The position numbers and the translations under genes are program-made. From Patescibacteria group bacterium (GTDB lineage Bacteria; Patescibacteriota; Patescibacteriia; Buchananbacterales; UBA6539), in contig JBAZMQ010000006.1 of the NCBI GenBank assembly GCA_041649675.1, positions 7,003 through 71,002 of the forward strand: a stretch of DNA of 64,000 bases, written 5' to 3'. The notes beneath the pieces are model-generated. The model had not been told where the DNA came from. It did not search any database and saw nothing but the letters and a program-made list of their open reading frames with translations. This document shows, one piece after another, positions 29,815 through 39,568 of this stretch (the stretch's first letter is position 1; each line of letters begins with the position of its first letter).

Positions 29815-29894
29815 TTGTCAAAAAACAAAGTCTTTCCCTCCCTGGAAAGACTGTTTTGTATTATTAATCTAACAAAATTGCCACTAAATGTCAA
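29815..29894 (-). promoter_or_regulatory. Promoter and conserved leader hairpin of purB-purH
   Basis: TTGACA (29889-29894)-17-TAGATT with TG; AGTCTTTCC-AGGGAG-GGAAAGACT hairpin then TTGTTTTTTGACAA. Confidence 0.65.
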
Positions 29895-29904
29895 AATAAC
29901 CAAT

Positions 29905-30021
29905 TGTCATTCTGAGGGATCCACCCCCTGTCTACCAACAGACAGGCGGGGGTGGAGACCGAAGAATCTCAAACGTTTGGGATTCTTCGCACCCAGATAT
30001 TGCTTGGAGCTCAGAATGACA
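29905..30021. repeat. GTCATTCTGA mini-element, copy 5
   Basis: TIRs; nested CCTGTCT...AGACAGG palindrome. Confidence 0.8.
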
Positions 30022-30106
30022 GTACGAGATATGTACATATTCGTAATGCCATTCGCCTACAAAAAAAGACCAGCCTGAATATCTTTCAAGCTGGGATAAA
30101 AATCCA

Positions 30107-30742
30107 TTAAAGAGGCAGGTACATTTCCTCCAAATGCTGCCAAATAGTTTCTGGCGAGGAATCGACGTTAACGGTGACTTTAACAATAGTTACACTTCTT
30201 TCCCGATAAAAGTTGCTTAGTTTCAGGATTTCTTGGCTAAAAATAGCCAGCCTTTTTTTGACTTCATCCTCTGAGTCATCCTTTCGACCTTTACGATCAC
30301 CACTGGCATTAGTTCTTATTCGCTCAAGAGCAACTGAGTCAGTGCACTGCAAGCAAATAATAAATTTGACATCAACAATTTCTTGCAATTGGGTAGCCTG
30401 GTATAAATTCCGGGGTAAACCATTAAGCACTAAAAGACGATTTGGCCCAACTTTTTGCTCAAGGATAAACCGATCAAGAATTCTTGCAGCAATTAGGAAC
30501 TGGCCATTGGCCAAAAGGGTGCCATCTTTTAATACCTTTCGGATTGCCTGGATTTCAATTGGTTTCAGGTAACTTACTTGATTTTTGGGATCTGCTAGCC
30601 AACGCAAATGTTTGCCAAAGTCAAAATGAGAACACAAACGCTGTTTCAGTTTGTGCGACTCCAGCCAATCACAAAGTGGCGACTTGCCTGAGCCAGTTGG
30701 CCCGACTACCACTATTGCCGGATATTTGTAATGGGTTAACAT
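30107..30742 (-). CDS. Adenylate-kinase-like nucleoside monophosphate kinase
   Basis: GPTGSGKS, LNGLPR-x3-QA, R-x-DD-x5-KRL; SD GAGG before ATG at 30742. Confidence 0.8.
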   Translation of the reverse strand: MLTHYKYPAIVVVGPTGSGKSPLCDWLESHKLKQRLCSHFDFGKHLRWLADPKNQVSYLKPIEIQAIRKVLKDGTLLANGQFLIAARILDRFILEQKVGPNRLLVLNGLPRNLYQATQLQEIVDVKFIICLQCTDSVALERIRTNASGDRKGRKDDSEDEVKKRLAIFSQEILKLSNFYRERSVTIVKVTVNVDSSPETIWQHLEEMYLPL

Positions 30743-30920
30743 CTTTCCTCTCTCCTTATTTTCACCCAAATGGGTAACTTCCCTCAAGAAAAAGATCAAA
30801 ACTAAATTTAGATTAACAAGGAATAAAGCTAAAGTCAAACAATATCAGAGGCAAAAAGGTTGAAAAAACCCAGCCATTCTGCTAAACTTAGGAAGTTAAT
30901 TGTTAACTGTTAATTATTAT

Positions 30921-31970
30921 ATGTCATTTTCTATCGGCATTGTCGGTTTACCTAATGTCGGCAAGTCAACCTTATTTAAAGCATTAACTAAAAAACAAGT
31001 TGATGCGGCCAATTACCCTTTTTGTACCATTGACCCAAATGTTGGAGTTGTTGCCGTACCTGACCAGCGCTTAGAACAACTGACCAAGGTTTCCAAATCG
31101 GAAAAAACAATTTACACCACTATTGAATTTGTTGATATCGCCGGCCTGGTTAAAGGCGCGCACAAAGGTGAAGGCTTGGGTAATCAATTTTTGGCCAACA
31201 TTCGCGAGTGCGACGCCATTGTACAAGTTGTTCGCCAATTTTGTGATCCAAACGTTATCCATGTTGATGGTAAAATTGACCCTCAATCAGACAGAGAAAC
31301 TATAAATTTGGAATTAATTTTTGCCGACCTTAAAACTTTACAACAAAGAATTAGCAAAAATGCCAAGGACTTGCATGCTAACTTAAAAGAGGCTAAAGAA
31401 ATTGCCCCAGTTTTAGAAAAACTAAAAACCGGTTTAGACGAAGGCAAGCTCGCTTGCCAAATAATTACTGATTTGCAAGAAAAAGAAATGATTCGCGATT
31501 TACATTTATTAACAATGAAGCCGATGATTTACGTTTTGAATGTTGATGAAGATAAAATTTATCAGGAAACAGATTACATTGCCATTTCGGCTAAAATTGA
31601 ATCCGAGTTAGCCGAACTACCAGCCGAAGATGCCAAGGAATATTTAAAGGAATTAAAATTGGAATCATCCGGCTTGGATAAATTAATTAAAAAATCCTAC
31701 GAAATTTTAGACCTGGTAACTTTTTTAACTTCGGGACCAAAGGAATCGCGGGCTTGGACAATAAAAAAAGGTACCAAAGCCCCGCAGGCAGCCGGCGTTA
31801 TTCATACTGATTTTGAAAAAGGTTTTATTAAAGCCGAAGTGATTAACTGGCAAGAGTTTGTTGCCGCCGGTGGCGAAGGATCGGCTAAAGAAAAAGGCTT
31901 AATTAGAACTGAAGGTAAAGAATATGTTGTTTTGGACGGCGATGTTTGCCATTTCAAAGTCAACGTATAA
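30921..31970 (+). CDS. ychF: Redox-regulated ribosome-binding ATPase YchF
   Basis: [44 protein letters not shown]. Confidence 0.96.
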   Translation: MSFSIGIVGLPNVGKSTLFKALTKKQVDAANYPFCTIDPNVGVVAVPDQRLEQLTKVSKSEKTIYTTIEFVDIAGLVKGAHKGEGLGNQFLANIRECDAIVQVVRQFCDPNVIHVDGKIDPQSDRETINLELIFADLKTLQQRISKNAKDLHANLKEAKEIAPVLEKLKTGLDEGKLACQIITDLQEKEMIRDLHLLTMKPMIYVLNVDEDKIYQETDYIAISAKIESELAELPAEDAKEYLKELKLESSGLDKLIKKSYEILDLVTFLTSGPKESRAWTIKKGTKAPQAAGVIHTDFEKGFIKAEVINWQEFVAAGGEGSAKEKGLIRTEGKEYVVLDGDVCHFKVNV

Positions 31971-32181
31971 AATAATAAATTTGGCCTCAGTAAAAAGGTA
32001 AAGGCATATCTTCTGCCTTTTTTATTATATTTATTTATAAACATCCAAAAAGTTGACATTTTATTAAAAATATATCAAGATATCAGGAGTTTAGCCTAAA
32101 ACCTAAAATCTTAGGTTAATAAATAATATTGATGGTTCGTTAACAACAAGCAAAAAGCTTGATTAGGAAGGAGAAAGCAGT

Positions 32182-34029
32182 ATGAATACAGATAACGGGT
32201 TGAAATCAAACTCTGAGGAAGCCAAACGATTTTCCGAAAAACTCAAGGCCCTTGGGCTACCGGTTCTTCCCATGGAAGACTCGTTTTTGAACATGGAACA
32301 CCTTCTTCGGACTATTGAAGAAGGCTGGCAAGATTGTTTGGCCGCAATGGAAAAGGATAACTTTGCGACGATGATGGCTCGTGGCTTACTGCCACTACTA
32401 GCCAATGAAAAAGGTGTCAGCCTGATTGGCATTAGCAGCCGGACGGACAATGGTCAGCCATACCCTGATGTCGAAGTGCTCTTTGATATGATCTCAGAAT
32501 ACTTCCGGTTTGCCAATATGAGTTGGCAAGACCCTCCCCGCCAATTTATGGTCATCCCAAACGATACTTTCCAGAAAATCATCAAAAATCATCTACTGAC
32601 CGACCAACAACAACGAATCAAATACCTGGTCGGAATTAACGAAGACATGTCAACGATTGAAACCTTCCTGGCGATAGTCTTAAAGGCAATTGAGTTGAAA
32701 GCCTCGGATATCCATATTGAGTTTGACGATGGCTTGCCAGTACCAGAATCATGGCAAGCGAAACTCAGCGGTCGGGCCAGCCAAACCAATGCCGGCCGAA
32801 TTCGGTTCCGGATAGACGGCAAACTGCAGGACGGAAATTATGTTTTGCCAAAAGAGTTGCTCAACCATCTGGTTGGCACGATAATGAATTTGGCCAGCGG
32901 CATAAATCCGATTGAACACCGCTTACCCCAAGACGGCAAAATCAGTTTTAGCAATCAAGTCCTTGAGGATAACCCTCAGTTGTTACCTGATCGAAAGATA
33001 CTGGAAGAGTATGAGTTACGTATAGCAATAATGCCGCCGGCTGATGGCGGGTTAAACGTGACTATAAGATTGCTTAAAAGTCATGGTGCAATCAAACCTT
33101 TAGGTGACCTTATTCCCTATCCTAGAATCATGGAACGGTTTACGACTTTAATTGAGGAATCTCAAGGCTTGGTTATTCTCTGCGGCCCGACTGGCTGCGG
33201 CAAAACCACAACGCTTTATGCGGCGCTAAACCTGATCAATGATCCGGACGTAAAAGTTCTTACGTTAGAAAATCCCCGAGAAATAAGATTACCGGGTGCT
33301 ACCCAGATAGAAATAAATGACAAAATTGGCAGAACATTTCCCGTTTGTCTAAGAGCTGCTCTCCGCTGCGATCCGGATATAATCCTGGTTGGTGAAATCC
33401 GTGATCCGGAAACCGCCCAAATAGCGGCTAGCGCGGCTGAAACTGGCCATTTGGTTTTTACCACGCTGCATACCGAGGGCAGCACAGAAGCAATTGTCCG
33501 GCTGCAAAGCCTGGGAGTGCATGCAGCAACAATTTCGGGTAGTATTCAAGCTATCTTATCCCAAAGACTGGTGCGCCACGTTTGTCCTAAATGCAGTACG
33601 CCAGTTGAAAGCAACGAATTATTAAAGGAGCTACTGGGCAAAAGAGCGCCGCTGCTAGGCTGGCCAATTTACTTTAGGCAAGCCAACCCTGAAGGGTGCC
33701 CTGAATGCAAGAGAGGCTATCTGTCCAGAGTCGTGATACCGGAATGGCTTGTATTTACAACAAAAATCAAGGATTTCATTTCTGCCGGCAAGGCCGGAGA
33801 TACTTCTGAGTTGCGCAAGTTGGCAATTGAAGAAGGTCTTAGACCTCTTGCCGTAGAGGCAATTTTGGCCGCCGCTTATGGCAAAACCACTATCCAGGAA
33901 ATCCTTAGCGAAGCTGTTACCAGTGAACAATTAACACGCTGTGGCGTCTTGGCCCATCACGCGCTTGAATCTTACAAAGAACAGATTCAAGCCTTTCAGC
34001 AACAGCACTTTCTTGGAGGGAGTAATTAA
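32182..34029 (+). CDS. GspE/PilB-family secretion/pilus ATPase
   Basis: ASDIH, RFRIDG, PQDG, GPTGCGKTT, ENPRE, LRCDPDIILVGEIRD, TGHLVFTTLH, two CxxC. Confidence 0.9.
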   Translation: MNTDNGLKSNSEEAKRFSEKLKALGLPVLPMEDSFLNMEHLLRTIEEGWQDCLAAMEKDNFATMMARGLLPLLANEKGVSLIGISSRTDNGQPYPDVEVLFDMISEYFRFANMSWQDPPRQFMVIPNDTFQKIIKNHLLTDQQQRIKYLVGINEDMSTIETFLAIVLKAIELKASDIHIEFDDGLPVPESWQAKLSGRASQTNAGRIRFRIDGKLQDGNYVLPKELLNHLVGTIMNLASGINPIEHRLPQDGKISFSNQVLEDNPQLLPDRKILEEYELRIAIMPPADGGLNVTIRLLKSHGAIKPLGDLIPYPRIMERFTTLIEESQGLVILCGPTGCGKTTTLYAALNLINDPDVKVLTLENPREIRLPGATQIEINDKIGRTFPVCLRAALRCDPDIILVGEIRDPETAQIAASAAETGHLVFTTLHTEGSTEAIVRLQSLGVHAATISGSIQAILSQRLVRHVCPKCSTPVESNELLKELLGKRAPLLGWPIYFRQANPEGCPECKRGYLSRVVIPEWLVFTTKIKDFISAGKAGDTSELRKLAIEEGLRPLAVEAILAAAYGKTTIQEILSEAVTSEQLTRCGVLAHHALESYKEQIQAFQQQHFLGGSN

Positions 34030-34105
34030 CTTTCCAAAAATTTAAAAAACACTCCGTTTGCGTTTTTACGCCAGCGGAGTCATTTTTTTTAATTTAGTAA
34101 CTTAG

Positions 34106-35206
34106 TTATCTTTGAAAAATATAGATTTGCCGCCAGACTTTTTGGCCTTCACGGCTATAAATTAGCCTGTCTTTATTAACCTGAGTAAAACCTAACTTTT
34201 TGACTCTGGGTAAAACTGGCAACTCAATTACCTCTTTGCCAATTCGAAAAGCCGGAAAAACAATGACAATCCGACTGCCGGGGTTTAGAATTTTTAGAAA
34301 CTCAAAAAAGGCCGCATCATAAAGCTCAGCTAACTCATAAACAATTCTTTCAATTTCAGAAATTGTTTCTTTGCCTCTCAAAGCCGGACCTAGATATGGT
34401 TCAGTGACAATCGCATCAACTTGATTGACAAACTTTGAAACTTGTTTTACGTCGGATTGTAAAATTTTAAAATCAGAATCTCTAATTACTGTCTTGGAAT
34501 TACCTTTAAGCCAGTCCAAATTCTTTTTAGTATCGCTGATTGCTTTTTGGGAAATATCACTGCCAATTGCCTTATAGCCAAGCAACAAGGCTTCCTGCAA
34601 AACTGTGCCGGAACCACAAAATGGATCCAAGATAGTTTCGCCTTTTGGTAGCTGGGCTAAATTAATCATAATTTTTGCCAGCTTGGGCGGCATGCTGCCA
34701 GAAATCATATCGCGAACCGGCCGGCCATAATCACGATTGCCGTAATCTTCAAAATCTTGAACCACACAAGTTTGGCCCAGCCATTTTTTACCTAAGACTA
34801 AAAATTCGTGGCATTTATTCTTTTTTACCACCACTGAAGATAAGGCTTTGTCTTTGCTAACCACCAAGCGGCAACTCACTCCCGAATCTTTTAGTTCTTT
34901 TTTTACCATCATCCCCAAATTATTAGGCTGGCTATCATAATAACTAACGGCAAAATTCAACTTACTTTCGCTTTTAATCTGTTTTAATTTTTCAACCGTA
35001 ACCTTTTTGCTAATCTGATTGCCAATAATTGTTCCAATTTTAATCGTTCCGCCCAGCTGGTTTAAAATTTGAGCGCAATCAAATTCTTCATTTTCAACAA
35101 TTAGAAAAGAACTGGTCTCTTCAATAATTTTTGCCTGCGGTAATACCGCTAAAATTTCGGCCACAGAAAGCTTGAAATTCCTACCTAAAATAAAAACATA
35201 TTGCAT
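34106..35206 (-). CDS. Trm11-like (THUMP-associated) tRNA/RNA methyltransferase
   Basis: GGTIKI, RDYGRP, GSMPPKLAKIMINL, LDPFCGSGT, TEPYLG. Confidence 0.8.
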   Translation of the reverse strand: MQYVFILGRNFKLSVAEILAVLPQAKIIEETSSFLIVENEEFDCAQILNQLGGTIKIGTIIGNQISKKVTVEKLKQIKSESKLNFAVSYYDSQPNNLGMMVKKELKDSGVSCRLVVSKDKALSSVVVKKNKCHEFLVLGKKWLGQTCVVQDFEDYGNRDYGRPVRDMISGSMPPKLAKIMINLAQLPKGETILDPFCGSGTVLQEALLLGYKAIGSDISQKAISDTKKNLDWLKGNSKTVIRDSDFKILQSDVKQVSKFVNQVDAIVTEPYLGPALRGKETISEIERIVYELAELYDAAFFEFLKILNPGSRIVIVFPAFRIGKEVIELPVLPRVKKLGFTQVNKDRLIYSREGQKVWRQIYIFQR

Positions 35207-35290
35207 ATAAATCCATTATAGCACAAAAAGAAAACCCCGCCTAAGCGGGGCTTTCTTAAACTTTCGTCCTAAAACATTTTAAATATTATT

Positions 35291-35464
35291 TTAAAAGTGT
35301 CTTTTTGGTCGATCGCTTTTTCTCTGCCGATGACAATCCCGGCAAAAGATTGGCCTGGTGCCGTCTGGTTCAAATGGCAATTCAGTAATTGCCGCACCAC
35401 ATTGGGAACAGGTCCAATTGCCTTGGTACATTTGTCTTGGACCAAAGCTGCTTTGTCTATCCAT
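35291..35464 (-). CDS. CxxC-x17-CxxC small zinc-ribbon protein (57 aa; not in the ORF track)
   Basis: Translated by hand: MDRQSSFGPRQMYQGNWTCSQCGAAITELPFEPDGTRPIFCRDCHRQRKSDRPKRHF; own promoter near 35538-35565 and terminator at 35230-35256. Confidence 0.85.
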   Translation of the reverse strand: MDRQSSFGPRQMYQGNWTCSQCGAAITELPFEPDGTRPIFCRDCHRQRKSDRPKRHF

Positions 35465-35846
35465 TTAATTACCTTTAGTTTTGCTACTTAATTTTGAAAA
35501 ATCAGTTTGGCAAAACTCTTAATAATAACTTATCTCAGTTTAGCATATAAAGACTTTTTTGTCAACCCTTGACGATTCTACTACCTTATGATAAACTATT
35601 TTTACCCTGCAAAACGTGGTAAATTTAACAATTTAACCTTTTCCCGCCCTGCAATAAACTAGGGCATTAACCTTATCATTTAATATGATAAGGAAAGGTG
35701 TTTTTTCCTGGCTAATAGAAGCCTGGTTGACGTAGCGCGCAAAACATCTTTGGGCGTTTTTAATTTAAAGTTAAGAATCAGAAGTAATGAATTGTGGAAA
35801 TGAATGGCAGTCACGATTCCTAATTTCTAATTCCTAATTTCTAGCT

Positions 35847-36302
35847 ATGACCAACCATTACGAATTGCTTTATTTAGTTGGCGCTAATTATACCGAAGAG
35901 GAACTGGCACCAATCAAAGAAAAAGTAAAAGAACTAATCAAAAAATTCGGCGGCGAAATTACAGCCGAAGATAGTTTTGGTAAGAAAAAATTGGCTTATC
36001 CTATCAAAAAGAATTATCAAGGCTATTATCTGCTTTATGAATTCAATTTAGATGGGCAAAATTTAAAAGACCTGACCAAAAATTTAAAACTGACCAACGA
36101 AGTCTTAAGACATATTATTGCCAAGAAAAAAATCAAGACTGCCAACGAAATCAAAGCAATTGAAGAAAGGGCGAAAAAAATGAAAGCCGCGGAAACCGCT
36201 TCGGAAGTTAAGGTTGAAAAGAAGGCTAAAGATGAAGGTAAAATCAAATTGGAAGATTTGGACCAAAAACTTGATGAAATTTTAGAGGGTGATATAATGT
36301 AA
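35847..36302 (+). CDS. rpsF: 30S ribosomal protein S6
   Basis: YELLY, GKKKLAYPIKK, VLRH; synteny with ssb-rpsR. Confidence 0.95.
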   Translation: MTNHYELLYLVGANYTEEELAPIKEKVKELIKKFGGEITAEDSFGKKKLAYPIKKNYQGYYLLYEFNLDGQNLKDLTKNLKLTNEVLRHIIAKKKIKTANEIKAIEERAKKMKAAETASEVKVEKKAKDEGKIKLEDLDQKLDEILEGDIM

Positions 36303-36365
36303 AACTGATTCCAACACCTTTAAATACAATCAACATAGAGCAGTTTAACTAATAAATCCAAAAAT

Positions 36366-36800
36366 ATGAATCTAAACAAGGCCATGATTATTGGCAATTT
36401 AACCCGGGAACCAGAGACCAGAACTACTCCTTCTGGCCAATCAGTGACAACCTTTGCTGTTGCGACTAATTTAATCTGGACCGATGCCAGTGGTAATAAA
36501 CAAAAAAAGGCTGAATATCATAATATTGTTGCCTGGAGAAAATTGGGCGAAATCTGCGCTCAATACCTTCATAAGGGAGACAAAGTTTATATTGAAGGCC
36601 GCTTACAAACCCGCGACTGGGAAGGACAAGACGGGGTCAAACGTTACCGAACTGAAATTATTGCCGAGAACATGATTATGCTGGGCACTAAAGGCGCTGC
36701 CACCGCTCCAAGCAGCAGCCCAGCTTCAGTTGATGAATTTTCCCAACCAGAAGCAGCCGCTGGAGTTGAAGAAATTCAAATTGAAGATATTCCATTTTAA
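36366..36800 (+). CDS. ssb: Single-stranded DNA-binding protein
   Basis: NKAMIIGNLTREPE, EGRLQTR, C-terminal DIPF. Confidence 0.97.
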   Translation: MNLNKAMIIGNLTREPETRTTPSGQSVTTFAVATNLIWTDASGNKQKKAEYHNIVAWRKLGEICAQYLHKGDKVYIEGRLQTRDWEGQDGVKRYRTEIIAENMIMLGTKGAATAPSSSPASVDEFSQPEAAAGVEEIQIEDIPF

Positions 36801-36881
36801 CTTAAACCAATACCTACTCTCCTGCTCTCGGCCAGTTTTGGCCGAGAGCAGAAAAAATACCGACTAAATTAATTAATCAAT

Positions 36882-37118
36882 ATGACTATTATCAAAAAAG
36901 ATACCACCCTAGCTAAGCCAAAAAATTGTCATTTCTGCCAAAATAACATCCATGAGATTGACTACAAAGACAGTCAAACTTTACGGCGATTTATTTCTTC
37001 TTATGCCAAAATTGTTCCCCGCAAAAGAAGCGGCGTTTGTTCCAAGCATCAAAGAAAATTAGCCTTGGCTATCAAGCGAGCTAGAATTATGGCAATTTTA
37101 CCATTCACTAATAAATAG
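36882..37118 (+). CDS. rpsR: 30S ribosomal protein S18 (Zn-binding type)
   Basis: CHFC, IDYKD, C-x-KHQR, AIKRAR. Confidence 0.96.
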   Translation: MTIIKKDTTLAKPKNCHFCQNNIHEIDYKDSQTLRRFISSYAKIVPRKRSGVCSKHQRKLALAIKRARIMAILPFTNK

Positions 37119-37122
37119 AACT

Positions 37123-37698
37123 ATGCCTTTTTTAAATACTTTAAACGACATTAAACAGGGTTTGACTATTATCTATAATGGCGAACCATACAAAGTAGCG
37201 GAGGCCAACTTTGTTCGGATGCAACAAAGAAAACCGGTGATGCAAACTAAATTAAAAAATTTAATCACAGGCAAAGTTTTAGAATACAATTTTAAACCGG
37301 GCGAAAAAATTGAAACCGGCGAAATGACTTATAAAAAAGTAAACTTTTTGTATGCCGCTGGTGATGAATATGCTTTTATGGATAACGAAAGCTATGAACA
37401 ATTTTCTTTTACCAAAAATCAACTGGGTGATCAAACCAAATATTTAAAAGAGGGTGCTGAAGTTAAATTAATTTGCTTTGATGACAAAGCCATTAATATT
37501 GAGCTGCCGCCCAAGATGGATTTTAAAGTTGTCTCAACACCGGATGCGATTAAAGGCAATACCGCTTCCGGCCGGGTTTTAAAAACTGCCGAAATAGAAA
37601 CTGGTTCTGAAGTCTCTGTACCCTTATTTGTTAAACAAGGCGATATTGTCAGAATTAATACAGAAACCGGCGATTACGTTGAACGGGTAAGCCAATAA
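37123..37698 (+). CDS. efp: Elongation factor P
   Basis: TKLKNLITG, FMD-x-E-x-YEQ, KGNTA, VPLFV, NTETGDYVER. Confidence 0.93.
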   Translation: MPFLNTLNDIKQGLTIIYNGEPYKVAEANFVRMQQRKPVMQTKLKNLITGKVLEYNFKPGEKIETGEMTYKKVNFLYAAGDEYAFMDNESYEQFSFTKNQLGDQTKYLKEGAEVKLICFDDKAINIELPPKMDFKVVSTPDAIKGNTASGRVLKTAEIETGSEVSVPLFVKQGDIVRINTETGDYVERVSQ

Positions 37699-37713
37699 TT
37701 TTTTTCTAAACAT

Positions 37714-37748
37714 AAAAACCGTAGAAGCGACCGCCTCTACGGTTTTTT
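37714..37748. terminator. Bidirectional terminator (GTAG-type palindrome)
   Basis: AAAAACCGTAGA...TCTACGGTTTTTT between efp and recA. Confidence 0.7.
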
Positions 37749-37761
37749 ATTATATTTTTGG

Positions 37762-38811
37762 TTATTCTTCTTTTTTTTCTGGTACTTCACCGGCTTTAAA
37801 TTTCTGCCAAACCTGCTTTTTTATTTCCGCTATCAACTTAGGATTTTCGCGCAAAAATTGTTTGGCATTTTCCCGGCCCACGCCTAATTTATTTTCACCA
37901 AAGGCAAAAGTATTACCGGATTTTGTTACTACGCCATAAACTACTCCCGTATCCAAAACGTCACCGGAAATGGAAATTCCTTCATTATACATGATATCAA
38001 ATTCACAAGTTTGAAATGGTGGGGCGACTTTATTTTTGACAACCTTACATTTAACCCGGTTACCAATCATTTTTTCGCCTTGCTTAATTTGGGCCGCTCG
38101 CCTTACTTCAATTCTAACCGAGGAATAAAATTTCAAAGCGGTACCGCCGGTGGTAGTTTCGGGATTACCAAAAAAGATACCAATCCGCTGACGGGTTTGA
38201 TTAATAAAGATAACCATGGTGTTAGTCTTGGAAATTATGCCAGCTAATTTTCTTAAAGCCTGGCTCATTAAGCGCGCCTGCAAACCCATATGAGAATCAC
38301 CCATCTCACCTTCAATTTCCGCTTTTGGCGTCAAGGCAGCAACCGAATCAACAACGACCACGTCAACACCGTTTGACCGAACTAAAGTTTCAACAATTTC
38401 TAAAGCCTGCTCGCCGGTATCTGGCTGTGAAATCAATAAATCTTTAATGTTCACACCAATCTTTTTAGCATACTCCGGATCCAAGGCATGCTCAGCATCA
38501 ACAAAAGCTGCGATTCCACCGGCTTTTTGAACTTCAGCGACAATATGTTGAGCCAAAGTCGTTTTACCAGAAGCTTCCGGGCCATAGACTTCAATAATCC
38601 GGCCGCGCGGGACACCACCAACACCTAAGGCAATGTCAAGCGATAAACAGCCAGTAGAGATTGCTTCAACTTCCATTCTTTTGGCTTCGCCTAATTTCAT
38701 GATTGAACCATCGCCAAATCTTTCTTTAATTTGTTCAATTGCCTGCTGAGCCGCTGCCAGCCGGTCAGATATTTGTGAAGCGCCAGTTGATTTGTTTTCT
38801 TTTTTTGCCAT
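37762..38811 (-). CDS. recA: Recombinase A
   Basis: [45 protein letters not shown]. Confidence 0.98.
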   Translation of the reverse strand: MAKKENKSTGASQISDRLAAAQQAIEQIKERFGDGSIMKLGEAKRMEVEAISTGCLSLDIALGVGGVPRGRIIEVYGPEASGKTTLAQHIVAEVQKAGGIAAFVDAEHALDPEYAKKIGVNIKDLLISQPDTGEQALEIVETLVRSNGVDVVVVDSVAALTPKAEIEGEMGDSHMGLQARLMSQALRKLAGIISKTNTMVIFINQTRQRIGIFFGNPETTTGGTALKFYSSVRIEVRRAAQIKQGEKMIGNRVKCKVVKNKVAPPFQTCEFDIMYNEGISISGDVLDTGVVYGVVTKSGNTFAFGENKLGVGRENAKQFLRENPKLIAEIKKQVWQKFKAGEVPEKKEE

Positions 38812-38858
38812 AAAACTATTTTAATTATCCCGCAAACCGGGCCCCTCAAAGAGGGATT

Positions 38859-39554
38859 TTAATTATTATTTTCTTTATTAACGACAACTTGCCGATAAAT
38901 TTTAGTTTGGGTACCGTGTCTTTTCTCGGCCCTGATTTCAATAACGTTAGTTCCACTTTGCAAATCAATGGTTTCGGAAAAATTACCGTTCTGGTCAACC
39001 AAGACTTGCTGGCCATTTACCTCCAAGGTTGCCTCTTTTTCAACCTGGCCAACGACTGCGATAAAATTTTGATCAGTGACTAAATTATCAACTGGACTAA
39101 TTACGGTTAAGGCCGGTGGCGTCACAATCATTTTAATCTTAATTCCCAAATAAGTCAGACAAGCTAAAGCCAATAAGCCAATAATAATTCCCCGAACTAA
39201 GCGAGGGGTAACAATCAAATGCAAACGGGAAATACGTTCAACCGGTTTTTTAAAATCATTAGCACCACTATTTTTGGTTTTGGCATAAACTTTTTGTTCA
39301 CTTTCATAAAGCGAGCCAAGCTCATCAAAATCCAAACCTAAAAATTTCGTATAAACTTTTAAAAAACTTTTGGCATAAACTTCACCGGGTAAATCCTGAT
39401 ATTGCCCGGTTTCTAAAGCCTGCAAATATTTAACGGAAATATTTATTTCCCTGGCGGCCTGACTTAAATCAATACCTAACTTTTGCCGAACCGTTTTTAG
39501 TTGTTCTCCCAGCCTTGGTGGATTAGAAATTTCTTTAAAACTAAAACTAGCCAT
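38859..39554 (-). CDS. RodZ-like HTH membrane protein with C-terminal Ig-like domain
   Basis: GEQLK-x-VR, YLQALE-x-G, LPGEVY, single TM; downstream of ftsK. Confidence 0.8.
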   Translation of the reverse strand: MASFSFKEISNPPRLGEQLKTVRQKLGIDLSQAAREINISVKYLQALETGQYQDLPGEVYAKSFLKVYTKFLGLDFDELGSLYESEQKVYAKTKNSGANDFKKPVERISRLHLIVTPRLVRGIIIGLLALACLTYLGIKIKMIVTPPALTVISPVDNLVTDQNFIAVVGQVEKEATLEVNGQQVLVDQNGNFSETIDLQSGTNVIEIRAEKRHGTQTKIYRQVVVNKENNN

Positions 39555-39568
39555 AAGTTTAACAACCT

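Noticed and set aside
35297-35491. Plus-strand 64-aa ORF
   Set aside because: Shadow of the real minus-strand CxxC-x17-CxxC gene at 35291-35464
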